Below, in pieces: positions 31,380 to 45,689 of a DNA stretch of 64,000 bases (the first letter of the stretch is position 1; the number at the start of each line of letters is the position of its first letter). The position numbers and the translations under genes were made by a program. The notes below the pieces were generated by a model. It saw only the letters and a program-made list of their open reading frames with translations, ran no database searches and was not told the DNA's origin. Source of the DNA: Eledone cirrhosa (Eukaryota); contig OZ024741.1 of NCBI GenBank assembly GCA_964016885.1, positions 271,126,001 to 271,190,000 of the forward strand. Direction: 5' to 3'.

Positions 31380-31900
31380 GTCAGGCTGGATTCAGTTTGA
31401 AACTTGTTAGACCATTTACTCAGCTGAGTACTCGATACTTGGGGTTAGTAGAGTATGGTTATATTATAAAGAGTCAGGACCCCGACGGCTGAGCTCTTGC
31501 CGTTTCAACATCTAGTTCCAGTCAGTGAGAATGAGTGAGAGGGGTGAAAGGGAAGGGAGAAGGAGAGTGTGTAGGAAAGAAATGAAACTATCCAAATACC
31601 TGACCAGTATAGTATCTATTGAACTTCGGGAAGATGGAAAATGATATCGATCTCTGTGGGATTTGAATTCAAGACGGCAGTGAGTCATAAGAGACTTATA
31701 GTAAGATGCTTGATTCCACTCTACCAAATCACCGTGGGTACTAATATCACTTCTGTTGACTAGACTGGGGTAATGGGAAATGAAATGTCTTGCTCAAGGA
31801 CACAAGGTATTGCCTGGGAATCGAACTCACGATTTTATGGTCACCAGCCGCACATTCTGACCACGAGGCCAGGCTGGTAATAATTTTTAACTAATGTCGT

Positions 31901-31969
<69 letters not shown>

Positions 31970-32253
31970 CACACACACACACACACACATATTATATGAG
32001 TGACACACTATGTGTGTGTATGGATGCGTGCGTATATGTGTGTGTGAATGTCTATATGATTGTGTGAGTGTATGTGCGAGGGTCTATGTAAATAAGATAA
32101 AATGAAAACCAACCAAAACAAAAGCTTCCCCTCCAGTGTGTATACATTTGTACTTCACCTCCATGTATATAGACAAGTGTCAACTAAGTCAATTATAAAC
32201 CAAGTGTATATAATACACACATATATTCATATTATATATGTTAGTATGTGTCT

Positions 32254-32295
<42 letters not shown>

Positions 32296-32298
32296 ATT

Positions 32299-32411
<113 letters not shown>

Positions 32412-32577
32412 AGGTGTTTATAGTAAAACATACGTAGCTATGTGTTTCCCAGTCCTCTCTTCCCCAGTAATGTTGTTTGTGTGTCTAGTTTAAAACGCTA
32501 GGGTCAGCAGGGTGGATCTAGTCTGTCCCACCCAGGGGCACCTGGGATTAGTTTATTGGCAACATTTCTCACACCCG

Positions 32578-32616
<39 letters not shown>

Positions 32617-32699
32617 CCCCCTCTCTCTCTCTGTCTCACTCTCTTCCTTTCTCTCACTCCACCCTTTCACTGTCAAAGTGTCTTTTATGAGGTCTGTCT

Positions 32700-33257
32700 T
32701 CAACACTTACACAAACACTAGCGCGCACAAATACACACACATACACACGCACACGCACATGCACACGCACACACACACACACACACATATATACATACCC
32801 ACAGACACACGCATACAAGCACACACACACACACACAGGCGCACACGCACACACGCACGCGCGAGTGTTAAGATTGACACTAGGCCACAACACTGACATA
32901 AATCTATAGTAATGTCCTTCTGCCCACACACACACACACACACACACATACACACACACATACACACACACACACATACACACACATACATACATACATA
33001 CACTCACACACACACACACATACACACACACATACACACATACATACACTCACACACACACATGCACACACACACACACATACACACACACACACACACA
33101 CACATGCACACACACACACACATACACACACTCACACACACACACACACACATACACACTCACACACACACACGCACTCACACATACACACTCACACACA
33201 TACACACACAGACATATACACATACACATATACACACATACACACATACATATATGC

Positions 33258-33325
<68 letters not shown>
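32700..33325. repeat. Compound (CA)n/(TG)n microsatellite
   Basis: Direct reading. Confidence 0.9.
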
Positions 33326-33457
33326 TCAAGTACACACACCCGGAAAATATACGTGTATGCATGTTTGCCCTATATATGTATGTATATATATATATATATA
33401 TACATATATAGGGCAAACATGTATACACGTATATTTTCCGGGTGTGTGTACTTGACT

Positions 33458-33483
<26 letters not shown>
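33272..33483. repeat. Near-perfect palindrome with (TA)n centre and (TG)n/(CA)n outer arms
   Basis: 33322-33379 versus 33401-33459 reverse complement. Confidence 0.85.
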
Positions 33484-33488
<5 letters not shown>

Positions 33489-33797
33489 TACACACTTATA
33501 CGTATATTTATAAATATATATACATATACACAGACACACAGACACACAAACACATATATAGATATCATTTTATTTTTGGCATTATTTTTATTTTCATTTT
33601 CTATTTTTTACTTTTCAACTTTCCTCCCTAACCCTCCTCCCCCGCCCTCTTACTCTTCGGAGTTCCTGTACTCCCCTTATCCGAACTTTCCTGATGAAGG
33701 ACGTCTATCTGAAAATTTGAAACCTCCTCCACATCCACCAAGCGTGAAACTAAAATAACTGTGTACATTGCCTCCTGTGTTTTGTTCGTTCATTTTC

Positions 33798-33863
<66 letters not shown>

Positions 33864-33864
33864 A

Positions 33865-34014
33865 TAACGAAGGAATTGAGGTAAGGAACCAGATGGACCA
33901 TAACGCACCAGAGTACTCAATACTTAGGGTAGTAGAGTGGGTAGTAGACGGTTATTTCTGGACTGAAATAGCCGTCGAAACGGCTTGAGCTTTGCCGTCG
34001 GGGTCATACTTTTT

Positions 34015-34017
<3 letters not shown>
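33865..34017 (-). mobile_element. Family P short element with inversion
   Basis: aacgaaggaa...gagtactcaatacttaggg reverse complement of the 1871-1950 3' end. Confidence 0.75.
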
Positions 34018-34086
<69 letters not shown>

Positions 34087-34244
34087 AATAACAGGAGGTT
34101 GGACTGGTGTAATTCCTTAAAAGGTTTATTATACTATGAGTTGCATTACGGGTGAGTTGCATTACGTTGAGTGCTCTCCATAATATTACATCGAGGTTGA
34201 CCATACGGAATGACCAGTTCTATCCCGTGGTGAACCGACAAACC

Positions 34245-34281
<37 letters not shown>

Positions 34282-34394
34282 GATTCCAGTTCCTCAGTGA
34301 AATAACAACCCAACTAGGAACTGGGCATATCAAAGTATTGACAAAATTATACACCTCAACAACATATGTACTTGTCTATACCACACTAATTCGG

Positions 34395-34449
34395 ACTGCC
34401 TGAAGTGGTCACAGCCAAAGATGGCTGTCACCGAAATATATATAACAGT
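34395..34449 (+). ncRNA. Hammerhead motif with one core substitution, within a (TA)n-flanked insert (~34280-34600)
   Basis: actgc-CTGAAGT-ggtcacagcca(aaga)tggctgtcacc-GAAA-tatata-TA-acagt. Confidence 0.6.
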
Positions 34450-34716
34450 AATAAACGAAGCTAAATTTTAAACATTTGACTTTTTATTTTACTTTATTTT
34501 ACATAACTCCGGAGTAACCAAACCAACCTGCGCACTTCGTCGAGTGCTCCAGCCTGCATACTGAGGTGTTGGTATACAACCAACATATACTCAAAATCTC
34601 TCTCTATATATATATATGATTGCGAAGACGGTGAATCTTTTTCCTTATTGTAATAAATTCAATATTAAATTAATATATGAAAAATTATCCTCTTGTCCTC
34701 TAAATCAGCATTACCA

Positions 34717-34789
<73 letters not shown>

Positions 34790-34864
34790 CTCTATAAGAA
34801 AGTTATCTATCTGTCTGTCTATCTATATATCTATCAATCTATCTATCTATCTATCTCTCCTTAG

Positions 34865-37800
34865 GTCACACGGTATGGATGTGATAGCCATCACCGAGTC
34901 CAGGATCTACAACAGGCAGCAACTAACCCCCATCTTCGACGACTTTGAGATCTACACATCTCTCTGTCAGCCAGAAGGTGGAGGGGGAGGGGCTGTCATG
35001 TTTCGGAAAAGCCTGGACCTCGAAATCCAGCAAGTACACTTGGACCCGGAGGGTAGACTAGTAGTCCTAGACATGAAGTGTTGGAGGTGGAGCCTTTAGA
35101 CTGGTGGCCGTTTATGCCTCGACTGGGCAATCGCGGCCAGGTTTCTTTAAGCGTCTAGAGTCTTTTCTGGGAACGTCTCGCTCCTTACTTTTAGTGGGGG
35201 ACTGGAATGGTATCCTAGACGCACGATGGGACTACGTAGGATCATGTCCCAGTAGAGGGGGGTGCAACAGCCTCAAAAATTTAATCGGCCAATTCCAACT
35301 GGCCGATAGGTAGCGACTAGATTTCCCGACTGCACCACAGTGGACGTGGACAAACCGTAGCGGGACATCTAGATCGTATTTAGACAGATTCTTTATTAGA
35401 GAGAGAGACAAGAAGATGTTAAGCTATACACAAATGCACATGGTTGCCTATTCAGACCACAAACTAGTCATCTGCATAGTCAACCGTGATAGAATACATA
35501 GACAAGTACCCGGATACTGGAAGCTGAACGTATCGCTACCGACACGTAAAGCCTACAGTGAACGGATAAGTAGATTAGTTAAGCAACAGTTGACGGGAGC
35601 CATCGTCAACAACAGATGGTGGTACTCTCTCAAGTGTGCAATTAGAGTAGAGTCGATGGACTTTAGCAGAGAATTAGCCTCAGAGAAAAACAAAACAGAA
35701 GCAGAACTAGTAGCCAAGGTAGAGGAGGCGCTTAGGAGTGGCAACGCAGCTAGAGTGCTAGCAACGAGAACGGCACTGGACCAGTTCTTCGACGCGAAAC
35801 ACGAAGGCTGCGTGGTCAGAAGTAAATCACGTGCTTTAGGAAACGAGGGAGCAAAAGCTGTTAGCTGGGCCCGAGTGGCAGAGGCGAAAAGTGGCAACAA
35901 GTCCACGATTCGGTCTTTGAAAGACCAAAACGGACGCATGCTACTTGACCCCAAGCGGATTTCCGCGGCCTTTCAGCAACTGTTCGAGCAGAGTGGTGGT
36001 GCATCGAACGGGGAAATGGATTTCGGTTCATACCTCGACGGCCTGCCGCGTCTCTCGAGCATGGACGCCGAGTTCTGCGAAAGACCGATCACGGACACTG
36101 AGATACGGGACGCTCTGGGCTGCTGCGGGAAACGCAAATCACCCGGTTTAGATGGTCTACCCTATGAGTTTTACATAGGCATGCCAGACTTGTTCTCTGG
36201 CGTCCTCGAAGCCGTCTACTGCAACTGGCAGCAGAAGGGGAGAATTCCCAGTTCTGCAGGCAGGGGCGTAGTAACGCTGATCAGGAAAGACGAGAACAAG
36301 GCCATTAACTCTGCTTAACACAGAGTTAAAGATTTTGGCCAAGGTGTTGACAACGAGGCTGGCGCTTGTCGTCGAGAACCTGGTAGGGAAAGCGCAAACG
36401 TGTGCAATCCCGACCAGGTCCATACACGACAACCTCTACCTTATGCGATACATCATAGAGAGGGTGGGGTGTAAACCCGACTTCGGTGGGGCTCTGATCA
36501 ATTTAGATCAGTCTAAGGCGTTCGATAGGGTCGACCATCGATACTTGGAAGCGGTTCTTAAGGCGGCCGTCTTCAGAGGCTGGATCGCTGCAATGAACAC
36601 CAACATCTGCTCGACGGTGAAGGTGAACGGCTACCTATCGGAGCCGTTCGCAATCACACGTTCCATCCGACAGGGATGCTCTCTCTCCTCCATTCTGTAC
36701 GTGCTGACTCTGGAGCCACTACTGCGGTAGTTGAAGCTGCTGCAGGGCATCCCTCTAGAACCGGGACTGCGGAAAGCGGCGTCGGAAATCGGGGCGATCG
36801 GTAACTTACTGCAGGAATACGAAAGGCTCACTGTCGGTTAGCAACTCGGAACGTGGAGAGGCAAACCGATGCTGTCCAGCAGCGTCGTCGGACGCTGAAC
36901 AGGTGAAATTGCTCGGTGTCTGGTTCGGTCCGGAACTCCAGGTGGATAAAAACTGGAACGAGGTCACGGGCAAGGTATTTGCGCTTACCCATTAGTTAGC
37001 AGAGTGCAAACTATCCTTGAAAGGTCGAGCGGAGGTGGCGAACACTTTCATAGCGTCCGTCATTTACTACCGCTTGACCGTCGTGCCTTGTCCCCGTGAA
37101 CACCTCACCAAGATGGAACGCATGCTCTTCCAGTTCCTTTGGAAGAAGCAGGCTCCACTGGTGAGGAGATCCGTCTGCTGTCAGCACCCTTCCGACGGAG
37201 GGCTTGCAGTCCTGGGTCAAGCGGAGACCGAAGAAGATGGGCGCCTGGCACATTGAATGCGCTCAGGCACTCACAGTCCTCTGTCAAGCGGGCACGGGAA
37301 TCAGTGGAGACTCCACTTCGACATTCTATAGAGGGTTAGTACGTCACAAGGGCGACGACGTGCTCGGAGAGACTCTAGGCGTCGAAGACGACGAGCTCGC
37401 CAGTCTGTTTGGTAGGACTTTCCGCCCGGGACCTATGGACAACTTCCAGAGGTCTATGACCTGGCAGTGCTACCGAGGAGCTCTACCAGTTCGAGACAAG
37501 ATCTTCCAAGAGGACGTGTCCAAGATGCGAGCAGGACATTGGAACCGTCTTGCACGCAATTGTACACTGCCCGGGCGTAACTGACCTGTGGCACTACGCA
37601 GAACAACTGATGTCGCGTATGGGACAAATCCAGTTGACTGCCGAGTCCATAGTAAGGATCAAATCGCCAACATCTTTCAAAAACGAAAGAGAGGCGGTTT
37701 TCCTCTGTATAGTGGCTATGGTGAGAGAGGTTATATGGTGGACGAGATTGAGAGGACTGAGGACAACAACTATTCCCTTCTTTAGGTACCACTTTAGAAG

Positions 37801-38148
37801 GAGAATCAGAGTGGAGAGAGAGGCACTGCACCCCAGTAAATTTACTGAAAGGTGGGTGAATGTAGCAAAAATGGCCAGAGTGATTGGGCCTTCTCTGTAT
37901 ATAAACCTGTAGGTTGAAGAAGAGAGCAAAAGGAAGAAAGGAGCACTTGCGCAACACGCTCCTGGAGTTGAGGGTTGTTCTATCGACGGGGTATTAAACA
38001 AGCCATTTGTGGCGCCTCCCCCCTATTGGGGATTTCGATTGTTAAATTTGTTTGTTTCAATATTTTTAAACGACTGTATGTAAAATCCCCGGCATGTGTC
38101 TTTGTTTTGTCCCCTTTTCTTGTGCGCCCTTGTGGCAAATAAAGAAAT
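34865..38148 (+). mobile_element. Tx1/L1-like non-LTR retrotransposon ORF2 (APE + RT + knuckle), heavily disrupted
   Basis: DVIAITES, LVGDWN, YSDHKLV, GYWKLN, KSPGLDGLP, LDQSKAFDRV, RQGCSLS; YxDD region not found (probably deleted); 3' end gcccttgtggcaaataaagaa; (TATC)n 5' flank. Confidence 0.88.
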
Positions 38149-38180
38149 ATATCTATCTCTCCTTCTCTGTATATATATGT

Positions 38181-38220
<40 letters not shown>

Positions 38221-38340
38221 AGAGAGAGAGAGAGATTGATACATACATACATATACTATATAGTAGTTTTTTTTAACAATGATAACAAAGGCAAGTTATA
38301 TACATATATATATATATATACTTATATATTTACATATGTG

Positions 38341-38386
<46 letters not shown>

Positions 38387-38389
<3 letters not shown>

Positions 38390-38578
38390 AAAAAGTATGA
38401 CCCAAACGGCAGAGCTCAAGCCGTTTCGACGGCTATTTCTGGACTCAGAAATAGCTGTCGAAACGGCTTGAGCTCTGCCGTGGGGGTCTTACTTTTTCCT
38501 ATTACCCACTCTACTACCCTAAGTATTGAGTACTCTGGTGCGTTATGGTCCATCTGGTTCCCTACCACAACTCCTTCG

Positions 38579-38580
<2 letters not shown>
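38387..38580 (+). mobile_element. Family P short element with inverted 5' duplication
   Basis: Same structure as 1757-1950. Confidence 0.78.
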
Positions 38581-38662
<82 letters not shown>

Positions 38663-38744
38663 TATATAATATTTTGAGAATAAGCTCTCAGTCCTTTACA
38701 ATAATTAAGCTCCAGGAAAGGGGCATTTCCGAGCAGTTAAATAC

Positions 38745-39154
38745 ATTAAAATATATGATAAACACAAAACGTGTTTGCATTGCAACAGACAGTCAGCTAT
38801 TAATGAAATAAACTAATTAAAGTGAATACAATTTGTCTGTCTCGATATAAGTCAATAAAGACAAGTTTATATTGGCAACTGCCATGATTCCTGGACAGAT
38901 TTAAATTTCAAAATCCAAACCTGTTCTGTAGACGAATTTGAACCTCGAAACCTAAATCCGAGGTTCAAATTCGTCTACAGAACAGGTTTGGATTTTGAAA
39001 TTTAAATCTGTCCAGGAATCATGGCAGTTGCCAATATAAACTTGTCTTTATTGACTTATATCGAGACAGACAAATTGTATTCACTTTAATTAGTTTATTT
39101 CATTAATAGCTGACTGTCTGTTGCAATGCAAACACGTTTTGTTTTTATCATATA

Positions 39155-39161
<7 letters not shown>
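38745..39161. repeat. Palindrome with ~200-bp arms, related to family T
   Basis: 38745-38947 versus 38959-39161; shares atttaaatttcaaaatc(c)aaacctgtt with 22637-22662. Confidence 0.85.
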
Positions 39162-39209
<48 letters not shown>

Positions 39210-39852
39210 AATATATATATGTATGTATTCTCCTCGCCATATTTCTATCTTTATAAAATCATATTTATTCTATTATATATAGATAGTCAGGTAAAACATG
39301 AACCGTTAAGATCTCATTCCTGGATATGTCAATATTCATAAAACAAACTTTGTATTTTATCTGTTGAGGGCCTACCAAAGTTTTGGCACCCTTAAAATAT
39401 ATGTAGTAGAATAAATATAGTTTTATAAATATGGTTTCCATTTATTAATATCATTGATATATATATATATATAGAAAAAGATATACATATACTTATGTAT
39501 ATAAGCGTATATATATACACATACACACTTATATACAAAAGTATATGTATATCTTTTTCTATATATATATATTTAATAATATATAAGAAAATATCATACA
39601 CCTAGAGTTACTTGAAGTGAATGTAATCTCAATGTGTTTATGTGTTTATTCACTTATAGATAGAAATATGGCGAGAATTTTAAGAGTGGAAGAAGAGAAT
39701 TGTCATTTTAACACAGAACATATAAAACAAATGAAGATGACAGATAGAAATTCCTAAATTATTTCATTTTTACAATTGTTTCGGCACAAAGGTTTTCTTT
39801 AAACACAGAACTAGACAACATGTAATCCTTAAAATTAATGGTAATGATAATA

Positions 39853-40034
39853 TAATTGTTTCTACTTTTAGCACAAGGCCAGCAATTACTCAGGGCATTA
39901 CTGGTACCTTATCTTATCGACCTCCGTAAGGATGAAAGGCAAACTCAACCTCGGCGGGATTTGAACCCAGAATGGCAAGGGCAGTAACTCTATGCGTCAA
40001 AGCGAGGCGGCCGACCCTCTACCGATACTGCCAA
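39853..40034 (-). mobile_element. Meta-like tRNA SINE
   Basis: Consensus match. Confidence 0.8.
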
Positions 40035-40134
40035 TGATAATATGATAATTCTAATAATGATTTCTACTATAAGTACAAATACAGCAATTTGGGAAGAGGG
40101 AAAAGTCGATTACATCGGCCCCAGTATGTTACTG

Positions 40135-40224
<90 letters not shown>

Positions 40225-40514
40225 GTAGTAATTTTTAAAACACCAAAGATTCAAAGCATTGAATCTTTGGTGTTTTTAAAATTAGTATATAACAGTCTGC
40301 CTGAACCCCATTGCTTTGAGCTTTTAACCACCAGGTGAAGCAGACTTAATACTTCATTTATTAATGATGATACTATTATCATTTTGCCTTTCATCCTTAC
40401 GAGGTCGATAAAATAAAGTACCAGTAATGCACTGGGTAATTGCTGGCCTTGTGCCTAACGTAGAAACAATTATATATATATCATTATATATCATTATATA
40501 TATATATATATCCT

Positions 40515-40729
40515 CTGTGTCACCGACATCCAGAGTTGACATTGCACTCAGTGCTCCTGTGGGAGCCCTACATGGACACACTGGAAGAGGAAGACCAAGG
40601 TTAACGTATGTTGATGCCCTAAGGACAGACACTGGTCTGTTGGAGACGCAGGACATGGCAGCGGTAATGAGGGACAGAGACCGCTGGAGAGAAGTCGTCC
40701 ATGGAGTTCGGGAATTTTACCCGCCCTAG
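40515..40729 (+). mobile_element. RTE-clade LINE 3' remnant
   Basis: GRGRPRLTYVDALRTDTG...MRDRDRWREVV, typical RTE C-terminus. Confidence 0.7.
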
Positions 40730-40799
40730 AATATATATGTATATATATATATATTTATATATATATGTATGTATATATATGTATATATGTATGTATTAT

Positions 40800-41448
40800 G
40801 TCAGGTCACCAGTTGGTGCTACTGGTAACATGTATCTCAGTACAACCTGTCTCATGGTCGGGTCGTTGGCGACTAAACTGGCAACCCCACCAAGGTTTCT
40901 TGGTGAGGAGAGTGACTTTGGACATCCTGCAGGACTAAAAACAAAACCTATCAAAGGGCAAAGGAGCTCTTAAGAGTCAATTGCCATCCAAAATCACCGG
41001 GAGAGATGACCCCTTAGCCTTTGTCAAGGCAGAATTCTAGGAGAAGGAAAACTCTGATATAACACCTGCAACCCTGATGGTATCCAATGATGTTGACTTG
41101 TTCTTCTTTTTGGTAAATATTATCTTGGTTAAGAGAGTGGGATTGGCTTTGTGCAGTGCCTTTGCTCACTATAAAAGCTTCACGGCACAGGCATTGCTTT
41201 ATATCTGGAGATCTCTCTGCACTTGTCGTTACATGGTACCATGGGCCCAGCACTATGTGTCAATAGTTGTCACAAGTGTAGTGTTTGTACCAGAGTGTTC
41301 AAGTCGCTGGCTGGACTAAAAAGTCATACTCGTTCAGCGCATCGGTAGGGGTTCTCCTACATGGATATAAAGTGGTGGCCGTACTCGAAAACGAGTTGGC
41401 AGCCACCATGTATATATATATATATGTGTATGTATGTATGTATGTATG

Positions 41449-41482
<34 letters not shown>

Positions 41483-41907
41483 TATATATATATCCGGGAG
41501 AGATGACCCCTTAGCCTTTGTCAAGGCAGAATTCTAGGAGAAGGAAAACTCTGATATAACACCTGCAACCCTGATGGTATCCAATGATGTTGACTTGTTC
41601 TTCTTTTTGGTAAATATCATCTTGGTTAAGAGAGTGGGACTGGCTTTGTGCAGTGCCTTTGCTCACTATAAAAGCTTCACGGAACAGGCATTGCTTTATA
41701 TCTGGAGATCTCTCTGCACTTGTCGTCACATGGTACCATGGGCCCAGCACTATGTGTCAATAATTATCACAAGTGTAGTGTTTGTACCAGAGTTTTCAAG
41801 TCGCTGGCTGGACTAAAAAGTCACACTTGTTTAGCGCATCGGTAGGGGTTCTCCTACATGGATATAAAGTAGTGGCCGTACTCGAAAACGAGTTGGCAGC
41901 CACCATA
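40800..41907 (+). mobile_element. Two tandem copies of a ~610-bp non-autonomous RTE derivative (family U)
   Basis: Full copy 40800-41409 + (TATG)n tail; 5'-truncated copy 41494-41907. Confidence 0.8.
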
Positions 41908-42003
41908 TGTATGTATATATATATATATATATATATGTATATTTATACATATATATATACGTATATGTACATAATATATATATGTACACACACACACACT
42001 CAC

Positions 42004-42039
<36 letters not shown>

Positions 42040-42044
42040 ATATA

Positions 42045-42185
42045 TTCTTCTTCGCCCACTTATTCCTGAGAGTGTCTTGTGTAAGAGTCCTCAAACACTC
42101 CCTCCAGTGGGTCCTGTCAGAAGCAACCGTCTCCAACTGATCAGGCTGGATCCCAAGCAGCATATCCAGCCTTCTTGCTCGGGCT
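42045..42185 (-). mobile_element. RTE-clade 3' remnant
   Basis: LGIQPDQLETVASDRTHWRECL. Confidence 0.65.
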
Positions 42186-42199
42186 CTACCTCTGGGTCA

Positions 42200-42445
42200 C
42201 TTACCTGTTGGTTTCACTCGTACCAGTCTCCCCTCTCCACGCTACAAATGTTGTACAAGAGAAAGGCAATGGCCGATACAGCTTGGCACCAGTGACGTCA
42301 CAACTCATTTCTACATCTGAGTGAATTGGATCAACGTGAAATGAAGTGTCTTGTTCAAGGACACACCGCATCACCTGGTCCAGGAATCGAACTAACAACC
42401 TCTAAATTGCAAGACCAACACTCTAATCACGAAGCCATGCGCCTT

Positions 42446-42447
<2 letters not shown>
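42200..42447 (-). mobile_element. Second tRNA SINE family copy
   Basis: Homologous to 3935-4031. Confidence 0.7.
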
Positions 42448-42477
<30 letters not shown>

Positions 42478-42665
42478 GAGAGAGAAAGAGAGATAGAGAG
42501 AAAGAGAGCAATGGTGAAATTGGAAATAGCACGGAAAATATATTTAAGGATCTGTTTTCCTTTTTTTTTCCTTCTTTGATTCGTCAAAGCGACATTATTG
42601 AAAAAAAAATGAGAGGGACAATTCTTTTAAAAGAGTTTTATAAAATATATAATATATAATATATA

Positions 42666-43978
42666 TCTAATATATATTTGTGAAATGGGCGGTGGTTGAA
42701 ATTCAAATGTGCACGGTTAAATGGTAGTAGAGGTGGTTGGACTGACATGAAAATTTACACACCTATGTAAAAAGTGCCAAGGAAGCAAATAGACGAGGTT
42801 TCAAATCTCTAACTTGAAAAGTCCCTGGGGCCCCAAAACTATCGCGTTCGGTGAGTTATTTCCCCCTGTTCTGATACTTTTGTCTTATTTACAATTTCAT
42901 CATCCTTCTACATTTAACGATCATACAGTACCGTTTTATGAAATCGATTCTGCAGTGCGGTCACTGTTTTCCATCAAAAGAAATACTTGGTTTTAGTGTC
43001 CTAAATTATCATCATCGACATTCAATTATTAGCTCCACCCACTACACGATACGTCACGAAGGTAAATGTTTCGAAAAAATTTTAAACTGTATATCGCAAC
43101 AATATATTGTTTAAAGACATTTTTTTTCTGTTGTTAAAAACTGTAAATCTGTTTTAAAAAAAATGTATTTCGCAGCAATTTATTTTTTGTTAAAAACTGT
43201 AAATAAATATTCATGTAAAAATGAAGCATAGTGTTTCGGTTAAATACATTTTTTTTTAAACAGATTTACAGTTTTAAACAACAGAAAAAAAATTTCTTTA
43301 AACAATATATTGTTGCGATATACAGTTTAAAATTTTTTCGAAACATTTACCTTCGTGACGTATCGTGTATTTAAAAAAAAATGTATTTCGCAGCAATTTT
43401 TTTTCTGTTAAAAACTGTAAATAAATATTCATGTAAAAATGAAGCATAGTTTTTCTGTGAAAAACTGTAAATAAATATCGTTCAAAAATAAATCAAAAAT
43501 CTAATTTTCTCTGTTAATATTTTAATAAATATTTATTCTAAAAATTCAATGTTTTTTCGTGTAAAAATGAACATGTAAAAATCAAGCCGCCGCAGCAGCT
43601 GATGACGTGTCGTGACGTATCGTGTAGTGGGTGGAGCTAATAATTGAATGTCGATGATGATAATTTAGGACACTAATACCAAGTATCGCGAAACCCTTAA
43701 ATTGTGAAGAAGGGACGCGTGTTTTTATTTTAATTCTAATACATGTTAACCACCACTAACAGTAAGTAGTATTTTTCAAATTGCATATCATCGACATTGC
43801 TATTTCGCTGTTAATAAACAACGCTTTCACGTCGCTCCACTTCTCATTGTCCAGCCCCAAGTGCATATTTCTATTTTTTTCCCTGAAACTGCTTCTTTAT
43901 AATAAACTTTCAATAATATTTTTCAAATTATTAACTTAACAAAAAGTGGCCCCGGGTGCAACCGGGCTCAGCTGCTAG
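42666..43978 (+). mobile_element. Non-autonomous Helitron with internal inverted duplications
   Basis: 3' hairpin cccgg-gtgcaa-ccggg then gctgCTAG|t; candidate 5' a|TCtaatatat (less certain). Confidence 0.65.
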
Positions 43979-44411
43979 TATATATATATATTTGAAAAAA
44001 AGGAAAAGAATGACTTCACGTGTAGTTCTAAATAATTTGATTTAATTTTATAATATTATAATATTATTAAAATTAAATCACATTATTTAGAACTACAAGT
44101 GAAGTCATTCTTTTCCTTTTTTTCAAGTATACCTAACTGTACCAAGGATCTTACACTTTTTCAAATATATATATACGCCCACACGCACAAGGCCACATAG
44201 ATATAAGTAGGTGGATGTATAGTGATGTACCATGTAGATGTATATACAACATAAATTCAACATTTGTTTTAGCTTCGAATTTGTATATACACACACGCGC
44301 GCGAACATATAAATATATACAAACAATGTCTGTAAACAGACAGCTCTGCCTGTGTAACACCCTTGCACCATATCCACGTAGTATAGGGCTATCACATATT
44401 CACAGGCAGAC

Positions 44412-44558
<147 letters not shown>

Positions 44559-44605
44559 GGGTTCTATGGGGGTAACCACACTTAGTAAGGTACTCAATAC
44601 ATTAA

Positions 44606-44911
44606 TCTATCTATATATTACTAAAACTCTGTGATTTGCTTGCATGCTTGCTTGTCTGTAATGGGATACAACCAAAAGGGCGCATAATGGGAAAATACTT
44701 TGAAAGGGAGTTGACCCTGAAATGGGAATACAAATGGAATAAAACAAGTTTCGCGTAAATCGGAGCATGGGTTCCCTAGATATGGGTTTTTTCCGGGTAC
44801 CTTCATAAACAGAGAGAGAGAAAGATAGAGAGAAAGGGATAGTGGTTGTGAGAGAGTAGATTAAAAGAGAGACATAGAGAGAGGGAGAGGAGACAGAGAA
44901 GGAGAATGTAA

Positions 44912-44943
<32 letters not shown>

Positions 44944-45008
44944 CTGGGGTGTTGTTGTGTATATATATATGTGTATGTCTATGACCAGTTTATATAGATC
45001 ATAGACAC

Positions 45009-45077
<69 letters not shown>

Positions 45078-45288
45078 TACACACACACATATATATATAT
45101 GTATACACACACACACATTTATATATATACATACACACACGTATATATATATGGTCCTTCCAGTTTCATTTCACAATATATACATGTCTGAGTATATTTT
45201 AATTATTTAAAAATTATTCTTAAGTGAACATGATTTTAAAAAAAGTATTTTGAAGTGAACATGACCCAACGGGTCACGGGTGGTCTAG
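44606..45288 (+). mobile_element. Non-autonomous Helitron splitting a family Q element
   Basis: a|TCtatctatatattactaaaa ... gacccaacgggtcacgggtggtCTAG|t; flanks rejoin into family Q sequence. Confidence 0.8.
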
Positions 45289-45689
45289 TAGAATGTAAAA
45301 ATCAACTTTAATATTATAGAAATGGCTTCTGCGGGACTAGTACTGTATCAGTTTTTGTTTTGGAGAGGGGGGGGGGGGTCCCTCATATACAAAAAAAATA
45401 GAATACACAGCAAACCACCCCCAATTTTACATATCAGAATTAGCTTGACACACGTAATGGGAATTGAAAAGTTATATATACAGGTATTAAATTCAAAAAG
45501 TCTAACCATCCTAAAACTAAAATTCTCTGCTGAGGGCACAAATAAATTGGTAGGGCCGTCGCTGGTGGGGATGCTCACTGCAGGCAGCCCACTTTGCCCC
45601 CAAATTAATCCCGCCCTGGTCATAGGTCTTCCGGCGCTGGTCAGTACATTTGGCGACAAGAATCCCCCAACACATACGACCCTCTGCTG

